From sequence record DRR378314_797: a DNA stretch of 43,803 bases. The stretch is one strand, 5' to 3'. Positions 18,636 through 29,800 of the stretch are shown here, one piece after another; position 1 is the stretch's first letter, and every line of letters begins with the position of its first letter. Below the pieces are notes generated by a model, which did not search any database, was not told where the DNA came from, and saw nothing but the letters and a program-made list of their open reading frames with translations. Position numbers and translations under genes: made by a program.

Positions 18636-21600
18636 ATGGTCAAAAAATTGCTATTATTTTTTGTACTGGTGTTCGGAGCTTATCCGTTACTGGCGCAAAG
18701 CAAAACGGTGACAGGTACGGTTACCGATGCTACGGATGGTTCCCCACTACCAGGTGTAAACGTACTGGTACAAGGAACCACAACTGGATCTCAAACTGAT
18801 TTTGATGGGAATTATTCCATTGAGGCAGAAAGCGGAAACGTATTGGTATTTTCATTTCTTGGAATGAAGACCCAATCCGTCACTGTAGGTGCGTCAAACA
18901 CCATTAATGTATCCATGCAGGAAGATGCGGAACAACTTGGCGAAGTGGTTGTAACGGCATTAGGTATCAAAAGGGAAGAAAAAACCTTAACCTATGCCCA
19001 GCAGACTGTTAGGGCAGATGAGTTGACCGCAACCAGAGATCCTAATTTCATGAACAGTATATCCGGTAAAGCTGCCGGTGTTGAAATTAAGAAGAGTAGT
19101 TCTGGTGCTGGTGGATCTACAAGGATTGTTCTTAGGGGTAACAAATCCCTTAGTGGCGATAGCTCACCATTATTTGTAATTGACGGTATTCCTATGGCCA
19201 ACAACAAAGGTGGACAACCAGGAATGTGGGGAGGAGTTGATTCCGGTGACGGACTTTCAGCTATTAACCCTGATGATATTGAGAGTATCAGTATTCTGAA
19301 AGGTTCTAACGCAGCTGTACTTTATGGTAGCCAAGGTGCCAATGGGGTAGTTGTTATTACCACCAAAGCAGGTAAGTCTGGTAAAACTACCGTAAGCTTA
19401 AATTCCGGTTATACCTTTGAACACTATCTTGAATTACCTGATTTGCAGTTTAAGTATGGGGCAAATGGTAACGCAAAGGAAAGCTGGTCTACAACCCCAG
19501 GTGATTATCAGAGTAGTTATGTGGAAGAATTCTTCCAAACTGGTCATAACTTCAATAATACCGTTACGGTTAGTGGAGGAAATGATAAGACTACTGCCTA
19601 TTTTTCTTACGGGAATATAACTGCTTCCGGAATAACACCAGAGAATAAATACCAGAAGAACAACTTTACCTTCAAACAATCTACTAAGATGTTCAATGAT
19701 AAGGTAACTGTTACTTCCAGTGTTCTTATGGCTTTGGAGGAAACAAAGAATAGGTTGCCTGCAGGGTATTACCTAAACCCATTAACAGGGCTATATATGT
19801 TTCCAAGACAGAGAAATTTTTATGATTTCAAAAACAATTACGAAGTTTTTGATAATGACAGAAACTTATTTGCGCAGAACTGGTTTGTTGTGGATCACCA
19901 TCAATCCAATCCTTATTGGATAGTTAACAAGCAACCAAAAACTGATGAAAGTAAAAGGATAATAGGTAGTTTGAGTCTTGATTATGAGATTTCCGAGAAG
20001 CTTAAATTACAGGTTAGGGGAAATTATGATTATGCTGTAAAAGAATTCGAACAGCAGCATGCCGCTACCTCCAACTCCACTAACGTACACCCAAAAGGTG
20101 CTTGGGATTACAGAAAGTATGATGACCAATTGGTCTATACCGATGCCATTCTAAGCTACGATACTGATTTAAGTGATAGTTTTAGTTTAAACGGGGTATT
20201 GGGAGCAAGTTATCAGAAAACAGTTTACGGTGATGGTGTAAGCGTAGGTACAGGTACTATAGGTTTACTTTATCCTAATGAGTTTAATTTTCAAAACTTA
20301 CCAACCAACGTTCAGGTAAGTTCTACTTATGACGGATCTGTTATAAAACAAGGTGCTTTTGCCAACCTTCAATTAGGATTTAAGGAAATGTTATTCTTGG
20401 ATCTTTCCGGAAGAAATGATTGGGCTTCAACATTGGCCCTAACCGGAAATGATTCTTATTTCTATCCTTCTGTGGGTATAACCGGTATTCTTAGTGAAAT
20501 GTTCACCATGCCAGAGGCCGTTAGTTTTGGTAAATTAAGAGCCTCCTACACCCAAGTTGGTAACGAGGTACCCTTTAACAGAATTAACCCACAAAACACA
20601 ATTGCGGGTAATGGTGGTGTAAATAGAAATACAGTAAAGCCATTTTTGGATGCAAAACCTGAAATTATTACGAGTTTGGAATTTGGTGCGGATTGGAGAT
20701 TTTTTCAAAACAGATTGGGATTGGACATTACTTATTATAGTCTAACCAGTAAAGATCAGTTTATTCAAGTACCGTTATTGCAGTCCGAATCTGAGGGTGG
20801 ATTCACCACTAAATTCATCAACGCAGGTGAAATTACCAATAAAGGTTGGGAAATTACGCTTAGCGCAACCCCTGTTCAGACTGATGATTTTCAATGGGTT
20901 ACGGCCTTCAACTTTACCAACAACACCAATGAGATTGTGGATATAGGACCAGATGACGACAAGGTAATCAATCTTGGGTCCTCGGAAGGTTATCAATCAA
21001 AATTGGTTGAGGGTGGAGCGTTCAATGACCTATATGTCTTAAAATTTTTAAGGAACGATCAAGGACAAATCTTGTTTGATGCCGGAAAACCTTTAAGGAC
21101 CCCAACTACTGAGCTTGTTGGTAATTTGGATCCTGATTGGACCTTAGGGTGGAACAACAACTTTAGTTACAAGAGATTTACACTTGGTATGCAAATAAAT
21201 GGTAAATTTGGAGGTAACGTGTTTAGCCAAACCGAATCCATGTTGGACGGTGCCGGAGTTTCCCAAAGAACTGCTGATGCAAGGGATGCAGGTGGTGTTA
21301 CGGTTAATGGAGTAGACCAGACTTCTGGAGCTGCTATTACAACTGTGGATGCCGAAACTTGGTTTAGAGCCATAGGTGATAGAAACGGTGTTGGAGAGGC
21401 CTATGTTTATGACCGTACCAATATTAGGGTTAACCAACTTTCTTTGGGTTACAATATTGATGTGTCAAAATTAGGATTACCAATAACTGCAGCATCATTG
21501 TCATTCATTGGAAACAATTTGTTCTATATCTACAAAGATGCTCCTTTCGACCCAGAATTGGCAATGAGTACCAATCAAAATGCTCAGGGATTGGATAACT

Positions 21601-21653
21601 TTAATCTTCCTTCTACAGGAACTTATGGATTTAATCTAAAAGTAACATTCTAA
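18636..21653 (+). CDS. susC: SusC/RagA TonB-dependent outer-membrane transporter
   Basis: Signal LLA|Q, CarboxypepD_reg-like N-domain, EVVVTALGIKR, PLFVIDGIP, INPDDIESISILKG...YGSQGANGVVVITTK and a C-terminal Phe. Confidence 0.96.
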   Translation: MVKKLLLFFVLVFGAYPLLAQSKTVTGTVTDATDGSPLPGVNVLVQGTTTGSQTDFDGNYSIEAESGNVLVFSFLGMKTQSVTVGASNTINVSMQEDAEQLGEVVVTALGIKREEKTLTYAQQTVRADELTATRDPNFMNSISGKAAGVEIKKSSSGAGGSTRIVLRGNKSLSGDSSPLFVIDGIPMANNKGGQPGMWGGVDSGDGLSAINPDDIESISILKGSNAAVLYGSQGANGVVVITTKAGKSGKTTVSLNSGYTFEHYLELPDLQFKYGANGNAKESWSTTPGDYQSSYVEEFFQTGHNFNNTVTVSGGNDKTTAYFSYGNITASGITPENKYQKNNFTFKQSTKMFNDKVTVTSSVLMALEETKNRLPAGYYLNPLTGLYMFPRQRNFYDFKNNYEVFDNDRNLFAQNWFVVDHHQSNPYWIVNKQPKTDESKRIIGSLSLDYEISEKLKLQVRGNYDYAVKEFEQQHAATSNSTNVHPKGAWDYRKYDDQLVYTDAILSYDTDLSDSFSLNGVLGASYQKTVYGDGVSVGTGTIGLLYPNEFNFQNLPTNVQVSSTYDGSVIKQGAFANLQLGFKEMLFLDLSGRNDWASTLALTGNDSYFYPSVGITGILSEMFTMPEAVSFGKLRASYTQVGNEVPFNRINPQNTIAGNGGVNRNTVKPFLDAKPEIITSLEFGADWRFFQNRLGLDITYYSLTSKDQFIQVPLLQSESEGGFTTKFINAGEITNKGWEITLSATPVQTDDFQWVTAFNFTNNTNEIVDIGPDDDKVINLGSSEGYQSKLVEGGAFNDLYVLKFLRNDQGQILFDAGKPLRTPTTELVGNLDPDWTLGWNNNFSYKRFTLGMQINGKFGGNVFSQTESMLDGAGVSQRTADARDAGGVTVNGVDQTSGAAITTVDAETWFRAIGDRNGVGEAYVYDRTNIRVNQLSLGYNIDVSKLGLPITAASLSFIGNNLFYIYKDAPFDPELAMSTNQNAQGLDNFNLPSTGTYGFNLKVTF

Positions 21654-21663
21654 TTTATAAAAG

Positions 21664-23241
21664 ATGAAAAAGTTAATATATCTAATTACAATGGTCATTG
21701 CCTTTAGTGCATGTACCAACGATTTTGAAGAAACGAATACCAATCCATATCAAATATCCGGTGAATCATTAAAGCAGGATTTTAATCATGTAGGGGCATT
21801 TTATTCCTCTATGCTGAGCCAAATATTTGGTAACCAGGTAGATCACAACTTGACCAATGTTACCTTTGCGCAGCATTTGGCCACTCCTACCCCATTTGTT
21901 GGAGGTGTAAACAACACTACCTACTACATACGTTGGAATGGCTACTGGGCCAGGGAGTACAATAATGTAATGGCTCCTGCCAAACAGGTTATTGATATTG
22001 CTGCAGCAGATGGTTATGACGTCTTTGTAGAATGGGCCAATTTAATTAGAATTGTATCCATGTCCAGGGTTACTACCTATTATGGACCAATTCTTTATAC
22101 CAATTATGGTTCTACAGAAAGTGCACTTTATGATAGCGAGGAAACATTATATAATGCTTTTTTTAGTGACCTGGATAGAATTATATCCGTTTTCAATGCT
22201 AATACGGACTATGTTGGTCTAAATAATTTTGATGCCAGTTATGGCGGTGATGTTAGTAAATGGGCCAGATATGCCAATTCATTAAGGTTACAATTGGCCA
22301 TGCGTATCTCCAAGGTAGCTCCAGACTTGGCTAAAGCTCAAGGTGAAAAAGCCATGGCAGATCCAGTAGGGCTTATTGAGACCAATGCGGACAATTTCAA
22401 TATATCTTTGTACGGTCAAAAATTTCACCCAGCACAAATTTGCTTTGAATGGGGAGATACTAGAATGAGTGCTACTATGGAGTCTATCTTGATAGGGTAT
22501 AAAGATAACCGTATTGCACCTTTCTTTGATCCGGTGAGTGATATGTCTTTAGTTACAGATCATCCAGACTGGCCATATAAAGGTATCCGTAATGGTGCCG
22601 AATTGGTTGCCAAGGATGATCGTTTGAGCTTCTCTACTATCGACGTATCCTTTAATGATCCAGCAAAGGTTACCAAACGTAAGGTAATGAGTGCCGACGA
22701 AGTATTCTTTATTAAGGCAGAAGCTGCTCTAAGGGGATGGGCCGGTGCCGGAGATGCACAAGCCAACTATGAAGCAGGTGTTAGGGCTTCCTTTGAATTA
22801 TGGGGAGCAGGTGGTGTTGATGCCTATTTGGCGGACAATACCAGTTTGCCAATAGACTATAATGACCCTGTAGCAACAGGTGCTGTTAACGATTTTGTTA
22901 ATCAGATTACAACCACTGTTGCTTGGGATGAAGCTGCCAGCAATGAGATTAAATTGGAGAAAATTATTACCCAAAAATGGATTGCGGCCTATACTAACGA
23001 AATGGAAGCTTGGGTAGACTATAGAAGAACAGGTTATCCTAAATTACCTCCGGTATATCAAAACAGTAGTAATTCCGATTGGGGAATTATACCTGACGGA
23101 GAAGCAATAAAAAGAATGCCGTTCGTGAATTCAGAACGTGAAGGTAATGCTGCGGGTGTTGCTGATGCAACGGCCAAATTAGGTGGACCGGATGAAATTG
23201 GTACCAGACTATGGTGGGATACTGGCGGACCAAACTTTTGA
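21664..23241 (+). CDS. susD: SusD/RagB nutrient-binding lipoprotein
   Basis: Lipobox AFSA|C-TNDFEE; YGPILY, WARYANSLRL, AEAALRGW, IITQKWIA, EAWVDYRRTGYP and LWWD motifs; follows susC directly. Confidence 0.94.
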   Translation: MKKLIYLITMVIAFSACTNDFEETNTNPYQISGESLKQDFNHVGAFYSSMLSQIFGNQVDHNLTNVTFAQHLATPTPFVGGVNNTTYYIRWNGYWAREYNNVMAPAKQVIDIAAADGYDVFVEWANLIRIVSMSRVTTYYGPILYTNYGSTESALYDSEETLYNAFFSDLDRIISVFNANTDYVGLNNFDASYGGDVSKWARYANSLRLQLAMRISKVAPDLAKAQGEKAMADPVGLIETNADNFNISLYGQKFHPAQICFEWGDTRMSATMESILIGYKDNRIAPFFDPVSDMSLVTDHPDWPYKGIRNGAELVAKDDRLSFSTIDVSFNDPAKVTKRKVMSADEVFFIKAEAALRGWAGAGDAQANYEAGVRASFELWGAGGVDAYLADNTSLPIDYNDPVATGAVNDFVNQITTTVAWDEAASNEIKLEKIITQKWIAAYTNEMEAWVDYRRTGYPKLPPVYQNSSNSDWGIIPDGEAIKRMPFVNSEREGNAAGVADATAKLGGPDEIGTRLWWDTGGPNF

Positions 23242-23267
23242 TTTTTGAAATATATTAGTGTTTAAGA

Positions 23268-23299
23268 AAAAGCCTGTGATTTAAAAGTCACAGGCTTTT
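23268..23299 (+). terminator. Intrinsic terminator after susD
   Basis: AAAAGCCTGTGA-tttaaaag-TCACAGGCTTTT followed by GTTTT. Confidence 0.8.
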
Positions 23300-23495
23300 G
23301 TTTTATCAGCTTACTACCCATTTTAAAAATCAATATTGGAGTTCGAAAAATCATATTATATCCCAAGCTTTTATTGTGGTTAGTCCATAGAATTAATTAA
23401 CTTACCTACTGTAATTTTTACCCTTATGTTATAGGCTTTTGGTTTTATAATACAATTCACAAAATCTAGCCTATATTGAAAAATTCCTAATTACT

Positions 23496-26400
23496 ATGAT
23501 TCAAAATATCACCAAAATATACCTGCTTGTCACTACACTATTTATTTTTTCTTGCCAAGGTGTTGATGATAGCAAAATGTTCTCCCTAATGCCGAGCAAC
23601 AAGACTGGAATTACATTTAAACCTGTTTTACAGGAAACAGAAGAATTTAATATTTTAACCTATGGCTACATCTACAATGGTGGTGGGGTAAGCGCTGGTG
23701 ATATCAACAATGATGGTCTTACGGACCTTTATTTCACGGCCAGCATGGTAGGAAGTAGGCTATATATCAATAAAGGCAACTTTAAATTTGAAGAAATTGC
23801 CCAAAAAGCAGGGGTATTTGCCGAGGGTCTGTGGAATACCGGAACAACCATGGCCGATGTTAACGGGGATGGTTTTTTGGATATCTATGTATGTAGATCG
23901 GCCGCCAAGGACGATTATAAAAGAAAGAACCTATTATTTATTAATAATGGGGATTTAACTTTTACAGAAAAAGCGGCGGAATACGGTATTGATGACAGTG
24001 GTTACTCCACTCAAGGTGCTTTTTTTGATTATGACAAGGATGGCGATCTGGATTTATATGTGGTAAACCATTCTTCACAGGAATATTCAAGCTTTAGGCA
24101 AATATCCAATAACCTTAAGCAACAAAGAAACCCTGCCTATGAAGACCGACTTTATAGAAACGATGATGGAAAGTTTGTAGATGTTAGTGAATCTTCCGGA
24201 CTTGTTTCAAATGTTTTGGGTTTCGGATTGGGAATTGCCGTTTCGGATATGAATAATGATAATTGGCCAGATATTTATATTTCGAATGATTTTAAGGAAC
24301 AGGACTATTTGTATATCAATAATCATGATGGCACCTTTACCGAAAGTCTTGAAGAATTTATTGGGCACACCTCCCATTTTTCCATGGGTTCGGATGTAGC
24401 GGATATCAATAATGATGGCTTTCCGGAAATTATGACCTTGGACATGCTCCCTGAAAACAATTACCGACTAAAGATGGTCTCCGGTCCGGACAATTATGAC
24501 AAAAACACCTTCTTGGAGAAATCCGGATTCTATTATCAGACCATGAGAAATATGATTCATTTAAACAATCACGGGAAATCTTTTTCCGAAATTGGGCAAT
24601 TTTCGGGCGTTTCCAATACCGACTGGAGTTGGGCCTCTCTTTTCACTGATTTGGACAATGATGGTTTTAAAGATCTATTTATTACCAATGGTGTAAAACG
24701 GGACTACACTAATATGGATTTTTTAAATTTTGCAGTTCAGGATAGAATTAATCAAAATAAAACCGGGGTAGAGACGGCCATTACAGATTTGTTGGAGAAT
24801 ATGCCTGCTACCATTGAAGAGAATTATACCTATCACAACAACGGCGACCTTACTTTTTCCAAAGTCAATGAAGCCTGGGGACTAAATCAGAAATCGCTTT
24901 CCAATGGGGCTGTATATGCCGACTTGGACAATGACGGGGATCTAGATCTTGTGGTCAATAACATAGATGAATACCCTTTTGTTTACAGAAACAATAGTGA
25001 ACTGCACACTACCAACCATCACTTAAAAATTAATTTTAAGGGTGAAGGAAAAAACACTTATGGCATTGGCTCCAAAGTTACTTTGACCATTGGAAACAAA
25101 ATACTTATGCAAGAATTTATGCCCACAAGGGGCTTTCAATCTTCCGTAGATTTTAATCTTATTTTTGGTCTTGGGGATGCGACGTCCGTAGATGAACTTA
25201 AAATTATTTGGCCCAATGGCCAAGTGCAAATTTTAAATGATATAAAGGCGGATGAAACCATTACCCTAAATCAAAAGGATGCAGTTTTATTGGAAAATAA
25301 TTCCGAACCGATAGTTGGAACAACCTATTTTACAGACATTACTATGGACAGTATTATCCCCTACCGGCATTTGGAGAATGATTATAACGATTTTAAACGT
25401 GAGCAGTTACTCCCCCATAAATTATCTACCCAAGGACCAACAATAACTAAAGCGGACGTAAATAATGATGGTCTCGAAGATATATATGTCGGTGGCGCCA
25501 AAGGAAGTGAAGGTCGAATGTTTAAGCAGACGTCTTCGGGCAAGTTCCTGTCCATCAATGAAAAAATATTCATTACTGATAAGGAATCGGAAGACATTGG
25601 CTCACTTTTCTTCGATGCGGATAAGGACGGGGATATGGATCTTTATGTGGTAAGTGGCGGAAACGATTTTGATGAAGATTCCGTTGAACTACAAGATAGA
25701 CTTTACATTAACGACGGCAGGGGCAATTTCTACAAAAATACTAATGCCCTACCAAAGATGCTTTCCAGCAATTCCTGTGTCAAGGCCAGTGATATTGACA
25801 GAGATGGGGATTTGGACCTTTTTGTGGGCGGCCGATTGGTTCCTGGTAAATATCCCACCGCTCCAAGAAGTTATATTTTGCAGAACAACGGTAAAGGCAC
25901 TTTTACGGATATCACCTTTACTGTAAACCCAGATCTTGAATATCCCGGAATGGTCACAGATGCTTTGTGGACCGATTTTGATAATGATAATATTAATGAT
26001 CTTATTCTTGTAGGTGAATGGATGAAAATCAGGACATTCAAAAATGTAAGTGGTAAACTTGTGGAAGTATATGAAAACAATGGCCTGAACGATTCCGAGG
26101 GCTGGTGGAACAGTATTGAACAAGGTGATTTTGACAAGGATGGGGATATGGATTATATAGTTGGAAATTTTGGAAGAAATTCCCAGTTAAAAACCTCGCC
26201 TTCCGAACCAGTAACTTTGTATACCAAGGATTTTGATAGCAATGGCTCTTTAGATCCCATATTGTGTTCCTATAACTTGGGAGAGGAATTTCCTGTTTTT
26301 TCAAAAGATGACATGGTGGGTCAATTGAGTGGGCTCAAAGGCAAATATTTAAATTATTCAGACTATGCATCTGCCAGAATTACGGATGTATTTAGCCCTG

Positions 26401-26819
26401 AGGAACTAAAAGGGGCTATGGTCTTAAAAGCCAAAAATTTCAATACCAGTTATATGGAAAACCTGGGAGATGGAAAATTTAAGATCGTATCCTTGCCAAT
26501 CGAAACACAGTTTTCACCAATATATGGGATATTAAATGGGGATTTTAACAATGATGGCAACGAAGACGTGGTTGTTGGGGGTAATTTTTTTGGAACCAGG
26601 GTAAAATTTGGAAGGTATGATGCCAATAAAGGCTTGGTCCTGTGTGGTGACGGAAAAGGCAATTTTAAACCTTCAACTGTAATGGAAAGTGGATTAAATA
26701 TTGACGGAGAAATAAGGGATATCACCAAAATTACCTTGGCGGATAAAACAGAGGTAGTATTGTTCGTAAGAAACAATGATGGTATAGCAATTTATAGAAT
26801 AGAATCAACTAAAAAATAG
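23496..26819 (+). CDS. FG-GAP/VCBS repeat + ASPIC/UnbV lipoprotein (CRTAC1-like)
   Basis: Lipobox FIFS|C; 14 D-x-[DN]-x-D-G-x-x-D-like repeats; central ASPIC/UnbV domain (GIGSKV...RGFQSS...FGLG...IWPNG). Confidence 0.88.
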   Translation: MIQNITKIYLLVTTLFIFSCQGVDDSKMFSLMPSNKTGITFKPVLQETEEFNILTYGYIYNGGGVSAGDINNDGLTDLYFTASMVGSRLYINKGNFKFEEIAQKAGVFAEGLWNTGTTMADVNGDGFLDIYVCRSAAKDDYKRKNLLFINNGDLTFTEKAAEYGIDDSGYSTQGAFFDYDKDGDLDLYVVNHSSQEYSSFRQISNNLKQQRNPAYEDRLYRNDDGKFVDVSESSGLVSNVLGFGLGIAVSDMNNDNWPDIYISNDFKEQDYLYINNHDGTFTESLEEFIGHTSHFSMGSDVADINNDGFPEIMTLDMLPENNYRLKMVSGPDNYDKNTFLEKSGFYYQTMRNMIHLNNHGKSFSEIGQFSGVSNTDWSWASLFTDLDNDGFKDLFITNGVKRDYTNMDFLNFAVQDRINQNKTGVETAITDLLENMPATIEENYTYHNNGDLTFSKVNEAWGLNQKSLSNGAVYADLDNDGDLDLVVNNIDEYPFVYRNNSELHTTNHHLKINFKGEGKNTYGIGSKVTLTIGNKILMQEFMPTRGFQSSVDFNLIFGLGDATSVDELKIIWPNGQVQILNDIKADETITLNQKDAVLLENNSEPIVGTTYFTDITMDSIIPYRHLENDYNDFKREQLLPHKLSTQGPTITKADVNNDGLEDIYVGGAKGSEGRMFKQTSSGKFLSINEKIFITDKESEDIGSLFFDADKDGDMDLYVVSGGNDFDEDSVELQDRLYINDGRGNFYKNTNALPKMLSSNSCVKASDIDRDGDLDLFVGGRLVPGKYPTAPRSYILQNNGKGTFTDITFTVNPDLEYPGMVTDALWTDFDNDNINDLILVGEWMKIRTFKNVSGKLVEVYENNGLNDSEGWWNSIEQGDFDKDGDMDYIVGNFGRNSQLKTSPSEPVTLYTKDFDSNGSLDPILCSYNLGEEFPVFSKDDMVGQLSGLKGKYLNYSDYASARITDVFSPEELKGAMVLKAKNFNTSYMENLGDGKFKIVSLPIETQFSPIYGILNGDFNNDGNEDVVVGGNFFGTRVKFGRYDANKGLVLCGDGKGNFKPSTVMESGLNIDGEIRDITKITLADKTEVVLFVRNNDGIAIYRIESTKK

Positions 26820-26823
26820 TAAA

Positions 26824-29800
26824 GTGAAAGTAAAGATTATCAGCTTAATAATAGCATTGGGATTATGTCTTGGAAGCATAGCCCAATCGCCATCTGCGAC
26901 CATAAAGGAAGAAATAATGTCCTTGGATACGTACGACTTCAGTAAGCCTAACCCCGTCCCAATCCTAACGGACAATGCCAAAATTTTCCCGTATTTCAAA
27001 TATGAAGGATATGAAAATATCGCAAAGAAGAAAAATTGGAAGGTAGTTACTTTGGAAAATGATTTCATCAAAGTCTTTGTACTACCCGAAATAGGAGGTA
27101 AAGTCTGGGGAGCAATAGAGAAAAGTACAGGTGAAGAATTCCTATATAAAAATGAAGTTATTAAATTCAGAAATATTTCAATGCGTGGACCTTGGACCTC
27201 TGGCGGGATTGAGTTCAATTTTGGAATTATAGGGCATCACCCGTCTACTGCTACTCCAGTAGATTATGTGGTAAAAACAAATGATGATGGAAGTGTAAGC
27301 TGTGTCGTAGGTAGCGCCGACCTACCCTCAAATACGGATTGGAGGGTAGAAATAAGGCTTGAAAAGGACAAGGCCTACTTTGAAACCAATGCCTCTTGGT
27401 ACAATGGTTCACCTATTGATCAATCCTATTACAATTGGATGACCGCTGCTGCCGTGGTTTCGGACGATTTGGAGTTCATCTATCCAGGAAATCAATTTTT
27501 GGAGCACGGAGGAGCAGCCAAACCATGGCCAATAGATGCTGAAGGCAGAGATCTTTCCCTCTATAAAAACAATAATTTTGATAAGGATATTTCCGAACAT
27601 GTGGTAGGCGATTATAAAGACTATTTTGGCGGATATTATCACAATAGAAATTTTGGTTTTGGCCACTGGGCACCCTATGAAGAAATGCCGGGACAGAAAC
27701 TCTGGTTATGGTCCATGGCAAGGTCGGGCGCTATTTGGGAGGATTTACTGACTGACACCGATGGACAGTACATGGAGTTCCAGGCCGGTCGACTTCTTAA
27801 TCAATATTCTCCAGGAGAAACCAATCCAATTTCACAAGCAAATTTTGAACCCTATGTCATGGACCGTTGGAAAGAAATCTGGTTTCCTTTTAAAGAAATT
27901 GGTGGAATGGTAGATGCTACGGAATACGGTGTCCTTAACGTTAAGGAATCGGATAAAGGACTTTATATCGGCATTAATGCATTACAAAGTCTAAAAGATA
28001 ATTTACAGGTATTCATCAATGGAAAAGAAGTTTATTCTGAAGAAATCAGCTTAAAGCCTATGGGAGTTTTTTCCAAAGAGCTTCCATTCAAAGAGTCTGG
28101 GGAAATACTGGTGCAATTAGGTAATAAAAAATTGCTTTATTCCTCCGACGGTGAAAGTACCCTTATAAAACGTCCGTTTATTGATAATGAAGCAATAAAG
28201 GTCTCCATGAGCGAACAACTTTACCATGAAGGTTGGGAGGCACTAAAGTTTAGGGATTATGAACTCGCCAGCAAAAAATTAAATGAATTGGTGGATTTTG
28301 ACCCATCCCATCAGGATGGATTGTTGAAGTTGGCAGGATTGGAATATCGAAAAACGGATTATCACAAAGCTCTGGAATATGTAAATAGGGTTTTAAAATT
28401 GGACACCTATAATACTGAAGCCAATTACTTGGCTGGAATTATATATCGTGCCCTAAATGACAGTATTAATGCTTTGGAATCTTTTGGCTGGGCTGCCAGA
28501 AGCATGAAGTACAGATCTGTATCCTATGCCCAAATGGCCGAAATTTATTTCTCGTTACAAAATTTGGAAAGAGCAAATCTATATGCCAATAAAGCGTTGG
28601 ATTACAATACCTACAACCTAAATGCGCGAAAAATTAAATTATTGTTGCAAAGGAAAAACAATAGCTCCAATGCATTTAATGAAGAATATAACGCACTAAT
28701 AAAAATAGATCCCTTAAATCATTTTGCTCTAATAGAATTCCAATTATTATCAAGGGATACCCCACTTATTATGCCAAAGGAAATCAATAATGAATTTCCC
28801 GATGAATCCATTCTGGAACTGGCCATATATTATAAGGACATAGGATTGGTATCAGAGGCCATGGAGATCCTAAAATTGTCCAAAACATCGAATGCCAAAA
28901 TACACCTTTGGGCTGCTTATTTAACCCAAGATATGGCTGCTGGGCCCAGTAATGAATATTTGGCTAAGGCCATAGCAGATCCTGTGGATTTTGTTTTCCC
29001 CTATAGGCAAGAAACCATTGATATCCTTCAGTGGGCCATCTCACAAAATGCAAATTGGAAATTTAAATACTACTTGGCGCAAAATTATATTGCTGTAGGA
29101 CAAAAGAATTTAGGATTGCAGCTCTTAAAGGAATGTGGAAATGAACCAGATTCCGACATTTTTTATCGTTTTAGGGCGAAAATGTTCAAAAATGAAGATT
29201 ATGCTGCCAATGAAAAGGATTATTTAAAAGCACTGCAGCTAAACAATACCGATTGGAAACTTAGGGAAGAAGTGATTCAATTTTATTTAGATAATGATAA
29301 AATTGAAGCAGCCTATAAATTGGCTAAAAAGTCCTACTCCAAATATCCCAAGAATGCCAACATAGGATTGATTTATGCCAAATCTGCCCTGTTGAACAAT
29401 CAATATGGAAAAACTATTGAAGTCTTAAACGACATATTGATATTACCTTTTGAACATGCCTCTGAAAGCAAAAAAATATATACCGATGCCCATATTTTAA
29501 TGGCTTTGGATAATATGCAATCCAAGAATTACAAGAGGGCTATATCCTTCTTGGAATCGTCAAAAGAATGGCCGGAAAATCTGGGAGTTGGAAAACCTTT
29601 CCATGCCGATGAAAGACTACAGGATTATCTACTTGCAGTCAATTTTGAATTGCTTAAAGATTCCAGAAAAAGTGAACAGTTATTGACCAACATATTGTCC
29701 TATCAAAATAACAATAAGAAGATGGTATCCGCTAATGAGCTGTTTGAACTATTGTCCCTTAAAAAATTGGGAAAGAGCGCCGAACTGGAATCCTCCATAA

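Noticed and set aside
23496-26819. Recurrent GAYAAYGAYGG-like DNA repeats as a repeat array or CRISPR
   Set aside because: They are degenerate, irregularly spaced and in frame, encoding FG-GAP protein repeats.
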